NCBI GenBank assembly: GCA_002327925.1
Contig: DCVA01000003.1
Span: 5,809-69,808 of the forward strand
DNA from: Anaerolineales bacterium UBA2200
GTDB lineage: Bacteria; Chloroflexota; Anaerolineae; UBA2200
Reading direction: 5' to 3'
Length of the DNA: 64,000 nt
Positions 37,866 through 46,773 of this stretch are shown piece after piece (position 1 is the stretch's first letter; every line of letters begins with the position of its first letter). A model generated the notes under the pieces. It did not search any database and was not told where the DNA came from. It was given only the letters and a program-made list of their open reading frames with translations. The position numbers and the translations under genes were made by a program.

Positions 37866-38912
37866 ATGCGCATTGGAGTGCTAACCGGGGGCGGTGATGT
37901 ACCCGGCCTGAATCCGGCGATTCGTGCCGTAGCGCGCCGGGCATTTGACGAAGGTTGGGAAGTCTATGGCATCATGGAGGGCTGGAGGGGCCTGCGCGAC
38001 GGGCTGATCCGCCCGCTGAGTCGTGAGGATGTCTCGGGAATCCTGCACGTCGGGGGGACGATGCTTGGCTCCTCGCGCACCAACCTGGCGAAAAAGCCGG
38101 GCGACGTCGAGAAAGCCATGGCGAACGCCGGCAAGTTCGGGCTCGACGCGATTGTGGCCATCGGCGGCGACGACACGCTGGGCGTCTGCGCCCACATGAG
38201 CCGTCACGGCATGCCAGCGATCGGAATCCCGAAGACGATGGACAACGATATTCCGGGCACCGACTATTGCATCGGCTTCAATACCGCCGTCACGACGGTG
38301 GCCGACGCCATCGACAAGCTGCACAGCACTGCCGAATCGCACCACCGGGTCATCGTCGTTGAAGTGATGGGCCGCTATACAGGCTGGGTTGCCGTGATGG
38401 GAGGCATAGCCGGCGGCGCCGACTACATCTTGATCCCCGAAGTTCCAACCTCCATTCCCGAGGTCTGTGAGCACGTCAGGCAGCGCTGGGCCTCGGGGAA
38501 AAGGTTCAGCATCATCGCTGTGGCTGAGGCGGCCTGCATCAAAGAGGTGGTGTCAGCCGAGGCCGGATGTGGGCCGCAGACCGATGATTTTGGTCATGTG
38601 CGGCTGGACACGCGCGGTCTGGGATCAACGCTGGCCACCGCCATTGAGGATCGGCTCAAGGATGAGCTGCACCTGGAAGCACGCTTTGTCGTGCTGGGAC
38701 ATCTGCAGCGCGGAGGCTCGCCATCGGTCTTTGACCGGGTTCTGGGGACTCGCCTCGGCGTCCATGCGGTCGAACTGATCAAGGAAGGCAAATTCGGCAG
38801 GATGGTCGCACTGCAGGGAGACAGCATCACAGACATTCCGCTGGAAGAGGTAGCCGGCAAGCAGCGCAAGGTCGACGCGGACCTCTGTGCCCTGACCAGA
38901 ATGTTCTACTAG
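37866..38912 (+). CDS. pfkA: 6-phosphofructokinase (ATP- or PPi-dependent)
   Basis: N-terminus MRIGVLTGGGDVPGLNPAIR and the PFK catalytic region (MGR, GGDDT). A GAGGAGG RBS precedes the ATG. Confidence 0.9.
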   Translation: MRIGVLTGGGDVPGLNPAIRAVARRAFDEGWEVYGIMEGWRGLRDGLIRPLSREDVSGILHVGGTMLGSSRTNLAKKPGDVEKAMANAGKFGLDAIVAIGGDDTLGVCAHMSRHGMPAIGIPKTMDNDIPGTDYCIGFNTAVTTVADAIDKLHSTAESHHRVIVVEVMGRYTGWVAVMGGIAGGADYILIPEVPTSIPEVCEHVRQRWASGKRFSIIAVAEAACIKEVVSAEAGCGPQTDDFGHVRLDTRGLGSTLATAIEDRLKDELHLEARFVVLGHLQRGGSPSVFDRVLGTRLGVHAVELIKEGKFGRMVALQGDSITDIPLEEVAGKQRKVDADLCALTRMFY

Positions 38913-38922
38913 AACGAAAAAG

Positions 38923-38952
38923 CGGGGTCTGGACGTGCCAATCCAGACCCCG
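38923..38952. terminator. bidirectional intrinsic terminator hairpin (11-bp stem CGGGGTCTGGA/TCCAGACCCCG), flanked by an A-tract on the left and a T-rich tract on the right, between convergent pfk and the SH3 gene
   Basis: Seen in sequence. Confidence 0.5.
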
Positions 38953-39021
38953 GTTGCATTTCCGTGCAGCGAAGCAAGATGCGCTTCCTGGTCTGCCCTC
39001 CCTGGCGTGAGTCTCGCCGGG

Positions 39022-39531
39022 TCAGGGAGTCACTGGCTCCAGCCACTCACCCGCGACCCACCCGACCTGTCCATCCGGCACCTGAACCTTCCACCAGATG
39101 TAGCCATCGCCGCTCTCCGGCCCCTCCAGTACCTGCAGCAACGTCCCATCCTCTACGAAGAGCAGCGTCTCCTGGTTGAGCCCAGGTCCTGCGCGCAACT
39201 TGAGCTTGGCGTCCTCAGTGCCAGTCACCACAACCTGCCCTCCGACAGCAACTACAGGCACGGGTGTCTCGGTCGGTTCAGGGACAACCGTGGCGGTGGG
39301 TACGGCGGTCGGGAGCGGGGTCGCGGTGGGGACTGGCGTCTGGGTAGGTAAAGGAAGAGGACTTAGTCTGGCGTCCAGACCGGATAGCTTGCAGAGGCCG
39401 ATTGCCGCAATCAGCACCAGGACCGCAGCGCCTGCGGTCAGATAGTAACGAGGCAATTCCGTTCGCGGCCTCCGGCGAGGCCTTGGTGTTGGTTCCGGTT
39501 CCTGCTCCGCCTTGACAGCATCTGGCAACAT
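39022..39531 (-). CDS. membrane-anchored SH3 (SH3b) domain protein
   Basis: One TM helix, a Pro/Thr linker, and a C-terminal bacterial SH3-like region (GYIWWKVQVPDGQVGWVAGEWL). Confidence 0.6.
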   Translation of the reverse strand: MLPDAVKAEQEPEPTPRPRRRPRTELPRYYLTAGAAVLVLIAAIGLCKLSGLDARLSPLPLPTQTPVPTATPLPTAVPTATVVPEPTETPVPVVAVGGQVVVTGTEDAKLKLRAGPGLNQETLLFVEDGTLLQVLEGPESGDGYIWWKVQVPDGQVGWVAGEWLEPVTP

Positions 39532-39594
39532 GACGAGTACCCTCCCATGGGGAATAGCCGGGCCCTTATGGGCCCCGTTCTACGACCAACGACG

Positions 39595-41325
39595 TCAGTG
39601 CTCTACCCTGCGTTCCCTGCTGGCCAGCCTGGCGACCAGGTCATTCAGCTGTAGCGCGTTGACCACATCTCCGGCTTCTGCCCACCCGCGACGGGCTGTG
39701 GCCACGCCATAATCCATCGTATCCAGCCCGTCTGTACTGTGCGCGTCACTGTTGATGGCCAGGCTTACGCCTTTTTCCACGGCCCGACGGATGTGCACAT
39801 CATCCAGGTCCAACCGGTTCGGCGTTGAATTCACCTCGAGGATGACTCCCGTCCGGGCTGCCACCTCGATCACACGATCCAAATCCAGATTGGTGGCCTC
39901 CCTCTGTCCCAGCAGGCGTCCTGATGGATGGCCGAGCACATCCACGTGTGGATTGCGCATCGCGCGGACCACCCGCTCAGTGATGGTGTCGCGATCCTGC
40001 CTCAGGCCGGAGTGTACGGAGGCGATCACCACATCCAGCTCCCGCAATACATCATCCGGGTGATCCAGACTGCCATCGGCACGAATCTCGACCTCAGCAC
40101 CCTGAAGCAGCCGGAAGCCTGGATACCGGCTATTCAGCGCTTCCAGCTCCTGCCGCTGCTCCCGGAGGCGCTGTGCATCGAGTCCATTGGCTACCCCCAG
40201 ACCATGCGTGTGATCGGAGATCACCAGGTATTCGTAGCCGCGGGAGAGAGCCGCCTGTGCCATCTCCTCCACCGTGGCTGCCGCATCGCTCCAGTTCGTG
40301 TGGGCGTGCAGGTCGCCGCGGATGTCGGAGCGCTGCACCAGCTTCGGCAGTCGATTCTCCAGCGCCGCCTTCAGCTCGCCCCGGTCCTCACGCAGCTCGG
40401 GAGGAATCCAGGGTAGGCCCAGCGCCGCGTACACTTCCTCTTCGGTGCGGCAGAGCAGCTCCTCATCACCGCGCTTGAACCCGTATTCACTCAGGCTGAG
40501 GCCTTGCCTCTGAGCCAGAGCACGCAGGGCAACGTTGTGATCCTTGCTCCCGGTGAAATACTGCAGCAGGGAGCCATAGTGCTGCGGCTCCAGCGCGCGC
40601 AGATCCACCTGCAGTCCGTTATGGAGGATCACGGAGGCGCGAGTTGGACCATGGGAGAGCACCTCGGCCACCCCATCGAGCTTTACGAAGGCCCCTGTTG
40701 CCTGCTCCGGGCGGGCACAGGCCGCCAGAAGGTCGATGTCGCCAATGGTGTCCTTCATCCGGCGCAGGCTGCCCACCGGCTCGACCGTTTCCACCCTGAG
40801 AGCCTGGCGCAGAGCCGCAGCCAGACCATTGGCCACAGGCCAGGCCACGCCGAGCTCGATACGTTTGCTGCGCCGATAGAGGGTCTGGATGCCCTCCAGG
40901 ATGCGTTGCTCAGAGCGGGCTCCCATGCCGGGCAGGCTTTGCACCCTGCCCTCCCGGGCTGCCCGTTCGACATCCGCCACACTCACGGCGCCGAGCTCAC
41001 GCCAGAGCAGTTTGGCCGTGCGAGGACCAACCTCCGGAATTCCCAGCAGGCTCACGACACCGACCGGAACCTCTTCCTGCAATTGCTCCAGGTAGCCGAG
41101 CCGACCTGTGCGAAGCAGCTCATCCAGCTTCTTGGCCAGGGCCTCACCCACACCGGGGATCTCTTTGAGCCTGCCCTCGCGCCACACCTGAGCGATGTCG
41201 CGTCCCAGGTTTTCGATACTGTCGGCAGCCTTGCGATAGGCGAGCGACTTGTAGACTACCTCGCCCTTGATCTCGAGCATATCGGCGATCAAACGCAGCA
41301 GCTCAGCGATATCGCGGTTGGTCAA
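39595..41325 (-). CDS. polX: DNA polymerase X family protein with PHP 3'-5' exonuclease domain
   Basis: Pol beta-like N-terminus (…LEIKGEVVYKSLAYRKAADSIE…GVGEALAKKL) and the PHP domain His motifs (DLHAHTNWSD). 576 aa. Confidence 0.9.
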   Translation of the reverse strand: MTNRDIAELLRLIADMLEIKGEVVYKSLAYRKAADSIENLGRDIAQVWREGRLKEIPGVGEALAKKLDELLRTGRLGYLEQLQEEVPVGVVSLLGIPEVGPRTAKLLWRELGAVSVADVERAAREGRVQSLPGMGARSEQRILEGIQTLYRRSKRIELGVAWPVANGLAAALRQALRVETVEPVGSLRRMKDTIGDIDLLAACARPEQATGAFVKLDGVAEVLSHGPTRASVILHNGLQVDLRALEPQHYGSLLQYFTGSKDHNVALRALAQRQGLSLSEYGFKRGDEELLCRTEEEVYAALGLPWIPPELREDRGELKAALENRLPKLVQRSDIRGDLHAHTNWSDAAATVEEMAQAALSRGYEYLVISDHTHGLGVANGLDAQRLREQRQELEALNSRYPGFRLLQGAEVEIRADGSLDHPDDVLRELDVVIASVHSGLRQDRDTITERVVRAMRNPHVDVLGHPSGRLLGQREATNLDLDRVIEVAARTGVILEVNSTPNRLDLDDVHIRRAVEKGVSLAINSDAHSTDGLDTMDYGVATARRGWAEAGDVVNALQLNDLVARLASRERRVEH

Positions 41326-41432
41326 GCCCGGCCTCCAGCACCATTATATTGCCCCGGGGCAGCGGTTGACAAACCCCTCCTCCTCCGCTAGAATCGCCTC
41401 TGTTGTCTGATCTCCCGGCATTGAGGAGTCTC

Positions 41433-42098
41433 ATGAAGCTGTCTGTGCTGATACCCGTATTCAACGAAGAGGCAACGGTCAGGGACATACTTGATCGCGT
41501 GCTGGCTGTGCCGGTAGACATGGAGGTTGCAGTCGTCGACGACTGCTCAACCGATGGCACCTGGCAGGTCTTGCAGTCGATCCAGGAACCTCGAATTCGC
41601 GTCTTCCGCCACGAGGCAAACCAGGGCAAAGGTACGGGAATCGTCACAGCACTGAGTCACGCCACAGGCGACCTGGTGATCATACAGGACGCCGACCTCG
41701 AGTACGAGCCCAACGACTACCTCAAGTTGATGGAGCCGATCGTTGCTGGCAGGGCACGGGTGGTGTACGGGGTACGCTCTCTGACCGGCCAGAAGACCTT
41801 CGTTCGCCTGGGCAACCAGTTCCTGACACTGGCGACGAACCTGCTCTACGGGTCGCACGTCTCGGACATGGAGACCTGTTACAAGATGCTGCCCAGAGAG
41901 GTTATGTTGAGTCTTGCCTTGCAGCCCAGCCGCTTCCAGATCGAGCCAGAGATCACAGCCAAGCTGCTGCGTAAAGGATACCACATCCACGAAGTACCGA
42001 TCTCCTATCAACCACGCGCGGCCAAGAAGCTCAACCCTTGGAAGGATGGCCTGCCCGCCCTCTGGACGCTGATCAAGTACCGTCTTGTGCGCGTGTAG
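41433..42098 (+). CDS. family 2 glycosyltransferase (polyprenyl-phosphate sugar synthase-like)
   Basis: GT2 motifs (LSVLIPVFNEE, DDCSTDGT, DADLEY). A GAGGAG RBS precedes the ATG. Confidence 0.85.
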   Translation: MKLSVLIPVFNEEATVRDILDRVLAVPVDMEVAVVDDCSTDGTWQVLQSIQEPRIRVFRHEANQGKGTGIVTALSHATGDLVIIQDADLEYEPNDYLKLMEPIVAGRARVVYGVRSLTGQKTFVRLGNQFLTLATNLLYGSHVSDMETCYKMLPREVMLSLALQPSRFQIEPEITAKLLRKGYHIHEVPISYQPRAAKKLNPWKDGLPALWTLIKYRLVRV

Positions 42099-42906
42099 CC
42101 GTCCCGCCGGTGATGGGCTCTGTTGACGGTCGGCCAATCACCTGCTCCCGGCAGACCCGCACACAGATGCCGCAGACCTCGGCCTGCAGCCCCAGCGCCG
42201 TGATGCGGCGGCGGCACATCTCCCGGTAGTCATGGCGGCCCGGGCCGGTCGTATCCGCACCATGACTGGCCAGAATCGGGCAGGCATCCAGGCAGGCGCG
42301 ACACTCTCCGCATCCGGCCAGCTTGCGGCTGTGGGGCGCCACCTTCCCGGGCAGAAAGAGGGTAGCGAGGCGCAGCGCCGGACCTGCCTCGGGAGTCACA
42401 ATCAGCCCGTGTAGTCCACGCCAGCCCAGCCCGGCCGCCTCGGCAAAGGCCCTGTGGGAAACGCAGTGCGCAAAGTACTGGTCCACGTGTGACACGGTCC
42501 CCGCCCAGCCTTCGACCGTAGCCTTCTCGGCCACTCCGCCGAACTCGCGTGCCAGCCGGTCGCAGATGTGGTTCAGTGCACGGTTAGTCTCTGTGTATGC
42601 CCCGGCGTAGGCGTTCCACGCATCGTCCGCGCCGGCTACCGACTGCCAGACGGGGGGAACCGCCAAAATCTCGGCCGGGTGGTAGAGCAGGCCCAGCGAC
42701 ACTGCGCAGACTTCTCTCTGGATTCGCGCAGAATCCAGAAGCATCTGGAGTCTTCGGCCCTGCTCGGGAAGCAGCCGCACGCCCTCCACGGGGGTGGCGG
42801 CGATCAGGCCCTTGCGACCAGCCCGCGCGCACAGGCGTAGGAATGACTCGCGGACAGAACCGAGCGGGCATAGATCCGAGCCGAACCGTCCCTCGAGTGC
42901 TGCCAC
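42073..42906 (-). CDS. 4Fe-4S cluster protein, epoxyqueuosine-reductase (QueG)-like C-terminal region
   Basis: CGECRACLDACP and CGICVRVC ferredoxin-type motifs. GTG start 1 nt after the CoA-transferase stop. Confidence 0.5.
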   Translation of the reverse strand: MAALEGRFGSDLCPLGSVRESFLRLCARAGRKGLIAATPVEGVRLLPEQGRRLQMLLDSARIQREVCAVSLGLLYHPAEILAVPPVWQSVAGADDAWNAYAGAYTETNRALNHICDRLAREFGGVAEKATVEGWAGTVSHVDQYFAHCVSHRAFAEAAGLGWRGLHGLIVTPEAGPALRLATLFLPGKVAPHSRKLAGCGECRACLDACPILASHGADTTGPGRHDYREMCRRRITALGLQAEVCGICVRVCREQVIGRPSTEPITGGTATRAQDGT

Positions 42907-42907
42907 C

Positions 42908-44074
42908 CTACACGACCCCTTCGCTTCTTAGCCGCTCGACGTCCTCCGGTGAGTACCCCAGCTCCGCCAGCACCTGTGCCGTGTACTCTCCCAACTTGGG
43001 CGCGGCCGCAGACGGCTCGTCGCGCGCATTGACAGGAGTGAGCAGGAGCTCTTGCTGCCAGAGACCGCGCGTCTGCATCTGGGGATGAGACATGGCCTCG
43101 GCCAGCGAAAGGATTGGCTCGCAGCAGCAATCTCTGGTTGAGAAGAGCTCCACCCAGTAGTGCTGCGGCTGAGTGCGGAACAGCGCGGCCAGGTCGGCAA
43201 TCAGCGCCCTCTGATTGGATTCGTACTGTCGCGGCCACCACTCTTCGCGTCCCACCGCGACACAAAAAGCCTGCCAGAAGTGCGGCTCGAGCGCAGCCAC
43301 GGACATATAGCGGCCATCCTCGGTCCGATAGCGGTTGTAGCAGGCCAGTCTTCCACTGAGCCAGCTGCTGCCCCGCTGCGGCGAGTTGCCGCTGGAGATC
43401 ATCTCCGCAAGAGGCAGGGCCATCAGCGATGTTACGCTGTCGAGCATCGACATATCCAGGTAGCATCCCTGGCCCGTGCGTTCCCGCGCGAGCAAGACCG
43501 AGGTTATGGCCAGCGCTGTCCACAGGCCAGCCACCATGTCCACCAGAGGAACTGCCGAGAGAGCGGGCGCCTCGTCCTCAGCCCCGTTGAGATCCAACCA
43601 GCCGGACAGAGCCAGACAGCTCAGGTCGTGACACGCCCTGTCGCGATAGGGGCCTTCCTGCCCGTAGCCGCTCAGTGAGGCATAGACAAGGCGCGGATTG
43701 TTCTCCTGCAGCGCTGCGTAGTGCAACCCAAGCCGCTCCATCACCCCGGGCCGAAAGCCCTCCAGCAGAACATCAGCGCCGCTGACGAGCTGCATCAGAA
43801 TCACACGGCCCTGAATGGACTTGAGGTTGCAGGTGATACTCTTCTTGTCGCGGTTCAGCAGCCGGAACAGCGCCGGCTGATTGTCCGCTTCGGTCGAGTC
43901 TCTTCCGCCCGGGATGAGGGACAGCGGATAACGCGTTGGGTCGCCAAAGTTGCGCTCTTCAACCTTGATGACCTCGGCCCCCAGGTCGGCCAGTACCAGA
44001 GATGCGAACGGCCCGGGCGCCAGCCGGGTGAGGTCCAGAATGCGCGTTCCGAGCAGGGGTCTGGATACCATCAT
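42908..44074 (-). CDS. CoA transferase family III (CaiB/BaiF) protein
   Basis: N-terminus LLGTRILDLTRLAPGPFASLVLADLGAEVIKVE and the catalytic Asp region are conserved. Confidence 0.85.
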   Translation of the reverse strand: MMVSRPLLGTRILDLTRLAPGPFASLVLADLGAEVIKVEERNFGDPTRYPLSLIPGGRDSTEADNQPALFRLLNRDKKSITCNLKSIQGRVILMQLVSGADVLLEGFRPGVMERLGLHYAALQENNPRLVYASLSGYGQEGPYRDRACHDLSCLALSGWLDLNGAEDEAPALSAVPLVDMVAGLWTALAITSVLLARERTGQGCYLDMSMLDSVTSLMALPLAEMISSGNSPQRGSSWLSGRLACYNRYRTEDGRYMSVAALEPHFWQAFCVAVGREEWWPRQYESNQRALIADLAALFRTQPQHYWVELFSTRDCCCEPILSLAEAMSHPQMQTRGLWQQELLLTPVNARDEPSAAAPKLGEYTAQVLAELGYSPEDVERLRSEGVV

Positions 44075-44145
44075 GAGCCAAAACCTCCATTAGCCAGGTC
44101 GACCCATTATAGCCGCACGCCGACTCGCCAGCAAGGCGGAGGCAC

Positions 44146-44174
44146 TTGACATTGAGTAGGTGCCGCCATAGAAT
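44146..44174 (+). promoter_or_regulatory. sigma70-type promoter TTGACA-N17-TAGAAT upstream of the membrane-protein gene
   Basis: Seen in sequence. The RBS AAAGGAG precedes ATG 44241. Confidence 0.45.
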
Positions 44175-44240
44175 GGAACGGAGCGTGGCAGACGGGAATG
44201 ACCCGACAGGGCGGGTGCGGTCGTCGAAAGGAGAACAGCC

Positions 44241-44717
44241 ATGACTGAAGAACAACGCCAGAACGATAGCGCAGGAATGCCCCCGGAAACGGGCGGCAAA
44301 AAGTACGATGAGAAGGATGAGAAGGAGCGACGCGAGGACCAGGAGAAGCACAACGAGAAGGAAGAGAAGGAAACGACCCAGCAGGACCCGCTCAGTCGCA
44401 TCATGTGGGCTATCTTCCTCATTGCCGCCGGCCTGATTCTCCTTGCCCAGACCCAGGGGTACATCACCTGGGATCAGTTCGGTGGATTCTGGAGCTTGCT
44501 GTTTCTCACGATCGGCGTTTTCACACTGGCAGAGGTTCTTCTCCGCCTGTTGCTGCCGGCCTACCGCAGACCGGTGGCGGGCCAACTGGTGACAGGCATC
44601 GTCTTCCTAATCCTCGGCCTGGGCGGGATCATAGGTCTCGAATTCAGCGGAGCCATCATCCTCATAGCCCTCGGATTGGCGATTCTGGTGGGCGGGCTGA
44701 CACGCGGTCGTTTCTGA
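44241..44717 (+). CDS. hypothetical membrane protein (charged KE-rich N-terminus + 4 TM helices)
   Basis: Hydropathy pattern and RBS only. No recognizable family. Confidence 0.55.
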   Translation: MTEEQRQNDSAGMPPETGGKKYDEKDEKERREDQEKHNEKEEKETTQQDPLSRIMWAIFLIAAGLILLAQTQGYITWDQFGGFWSLLFLTIGVFTLAEVLLRLLLPAYRRPVAGQLVTGIVFLILGLGGIIGLEFSGAIILIALGLAILVGGLTRGRF

Positions 44718-45875
44718 TCAGGGCACTCCGAAATCGAGGCGGCTGATCTGGTCCCAGTAATACGCCAGCCTGGTCCAGCGACCCTCGCGGCCGATGCAGC
44801 GAAAGTACGGAGGGTCGAAGGCCAGGATCAAATCGCCAATACGATAGCGCGGCAGAATGGGTGTTGACACTACCAGGCTGCCCGTCTCTCCGGGCGACAT
44901 CTCGTGCAGTTGAATGACGCCACGCTTCGTTGCCACTTCAAAGAAGAAGAGATCATAGTTCGGAACCCACGCCCGGCGACTATCGCGCTGCTGTCCGAAC
45001 ATGCCCTCGGTCGCCCCGTAGATCTCCATGATGGTAACCGGCCCGTACATCGCGCGCAGCGCAGGAACATAGCGCGTGTTGATGCCCGGTACGCTGCCCA
45101 GGGTCATCACGCGCGCCTTCCACAGGTCCCTGGGATAGACACCATGGGCACGCTTCAGATAGCGGCCAAAGGCAACCGCCGTAGGCGCCACGCCTCCCAC
45201 CACGGAGACATTCTGGTCCCTGCAGCGTTCATAGGCGAGCTCGAAACGGCGCTCCCAGTCGGCTCTGGTCTTGCCCCCGGCCAGCGCGTCGATGTCTTCC
45301 TGTGCGGGCAGAGAACGTAAGGGAGTCCACTGGGACACGTACTTGACGTAGATTCCCGAGCTGTACCCATACTCCACATCGCGCTGCCCCATCCGCACTG
45401 AGCCCACCACGGACGGAAAGTTGAGGTTCAGATTGAAATGCCGGAAGACCTCGTACTCGCCAGAGCGGAGCGTGTACTGCATCACGGCGCGTCCTGCGGC
45501 CACTCGCTTCATGATGTCGGTGGGTGTCATGGGGATGAACTTGGACTCACCGCGCGTTGTTCCGCGGGTGATCGCCCATCCCGCAGGCTCCTCGTAGAGG
45601 AGGAGATCCGTCTCACCTGCCATCGTGCGCTTGATGAGCGGCTTCAGGCTCTCGTAGGTAACGATGGGGAAGTTGCTGCGATACCTCTCGACCGTGGTGA
45701 CCCCGGCAGCGTTGTGTTCCTGCCCGTAGCGCGTTCGAGCATAGCCATCCACTAGGTCCTTCAGTACCTGCCCTTGTGCAGCAGCCGGGTCGTTCACCGC
45801 CTCATGCCACGGCTGCACGAATGCCGACAGCATGTCACGGGTCTGCTGGTCCTCCGTCGTCGTTTCCCCAGCCAT
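44718..45875 (-). CDS. GH3 family (auxin-responsive-promoter-like) adenylate-forming enzyme
   Basis: GH3/ANL-type motifs (SGTTRGESKFIPMT, YGATEGMFG). Confidence 0.75.
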   Translation of the reverse strand: MAGETTTEDQQTRDMLSAFVQPWHEAVNDPAAAQGQVLKDLVDGYARTRYGQEHNAAGVTTVERYRSNFPIVTYESLKPLIKRTMAGETDLLLYEEPAGWAITRGTTRGESKFIPMTPTDIMKRVAAGRAVMQYTLRSGEYEVFRHFNLNLNFPSVVGSVRMGQRDVEYGYSSGIYVKYVSQWTPLRSLPAQEDIDALAGGKTRADWERRFELAYERCRDQNVSVVGGVAPTAVAFGRYLKRAHGVYPRDLWKARVMTLGSVPGINTRYVPALRAMYGPVTIMEIYGATEGMFGQQRDSRRAWVPNYDLFFFEVATKRGVIQLHEMSPGETGSLVVSTPILPRYRIGDLILAFDPPYFRCIGREGRWTRLAYYWDQISRLDFGVP

Positions 45876-45927
45876 GCCGTACCTCCTGACCCTCGGAACA
45901 GGTTAGGCCGACCACGAGCAGCGCCGG

Positions 45928-46773
45928 TCAGCGCGTGATCAGAAACGCCAGCTCGCCCGGGAACTCGAAACGCTCGATGCGCCCGGGCTGTCCAGAGACC
46001 AGTGCGCGAAAATGCTCCTCATAGTTGCGCGGCATCCCCCTGTCACGTCCCCCGAGAGAACGCATTGGGAAGGATACCAGCACGCGTTTGGCCGGGACGG
46101 TTTCCAGCAGTCGCCTTCCTGACGTGTTGTCCAACTGCTCCAGGCAGGGGAGACTTTTGAGCATCAGCGCCAGGTCGGCCTCTCCCGTAAGCTGTCCCGC
46201 TGAGAGGGCCAATGGCAGGTTGGCGGCCGCATCGCATGCTTCGGCCAAACCGGATACCCCCAGGAGGGGCAGTGCCTGTCGCAGGAAGGCGGCGAGGTCG
46301 TCATACATATCGCAGGCCAGATAGAGCGCTCCCGGAGCCAGGGGCATCCAGGGTATGCTCAGCGGAGCCAGGCCGCAGGCAATGTCCAGAACCGTCTTCG
46401 GGGGCTCGAGGCCGGCCAGTGATTCGGTGAAGAACCGCTCGAGAATCGGCAGCCGCTCTCTGGTCGACGACTGGTGCTGCATGATGCTACGACAGGCAGC
46501 GCGAAGCTCGTCCGGACGGCCACCCTGAGCCGCCCGTCGCATGACTTCCAGCCAGAAGGGATAATCCGCTTCCTCATCGAGGAATGCGCCACCCACCCGG
46601 TGCAGCCGGCTCTTGGTAGCCTTGAGCGCCGCCTTCCACGACCGCCTGGCAGACAACTCACGAGCGCCAACGCGTCGTACCAGATCAGGGCACACGGAAG
46701 CGTACTTCTTGCTTTCAGCGACAGCCCGGACGAGACGCTCCAGGTCATCCATTCTGGCCCTGGCGCAGCACAC
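45928..46773 (-). CDS. 16S rRNA (guanine1405-N7)-methyltransferase, ArmA/Rmt/FmrO aminoglycoside-resistance family homolog
   Basis: Motif-by-motif match to RmtB/ArmA: ESKKYASVCPDLVRR, HQSSTRERL, VLDIACGLAPLS, ADLALMLKSLPCLE and VLVSFPMRSLGGRDRGMPRNY. Confidence 0.8.
   Translation of the reverse strand: MCCARARMDDLERLVRAVAESKKYASVCPDLVRRVGARELSARRSWKAALKATKSRLHRVGGAFLDEEADYPFWLEVMRRAAQGGRPDELRAACRSIMQHQSSTRERLPILERFFTESLAGLEPPKTVLDIACGLAPLSIPWMPLAPGALYLACDMYDDLAAFLRQALPLLGVSGLAEACDAAANLPLALSAGQLTGEADLALMLKSLPCLEQLDNTSGRRLLETVPAKRVLVSFPMRSLGGRDRGMPRNYEEHFRALVSGQPGRIERFEFPGELAFLITR

Noticed and set aside
40504-41391. 295-aa ORF antisense to polX
   Set aside because: Shadow ORF. polX motifs are on the minus strand.
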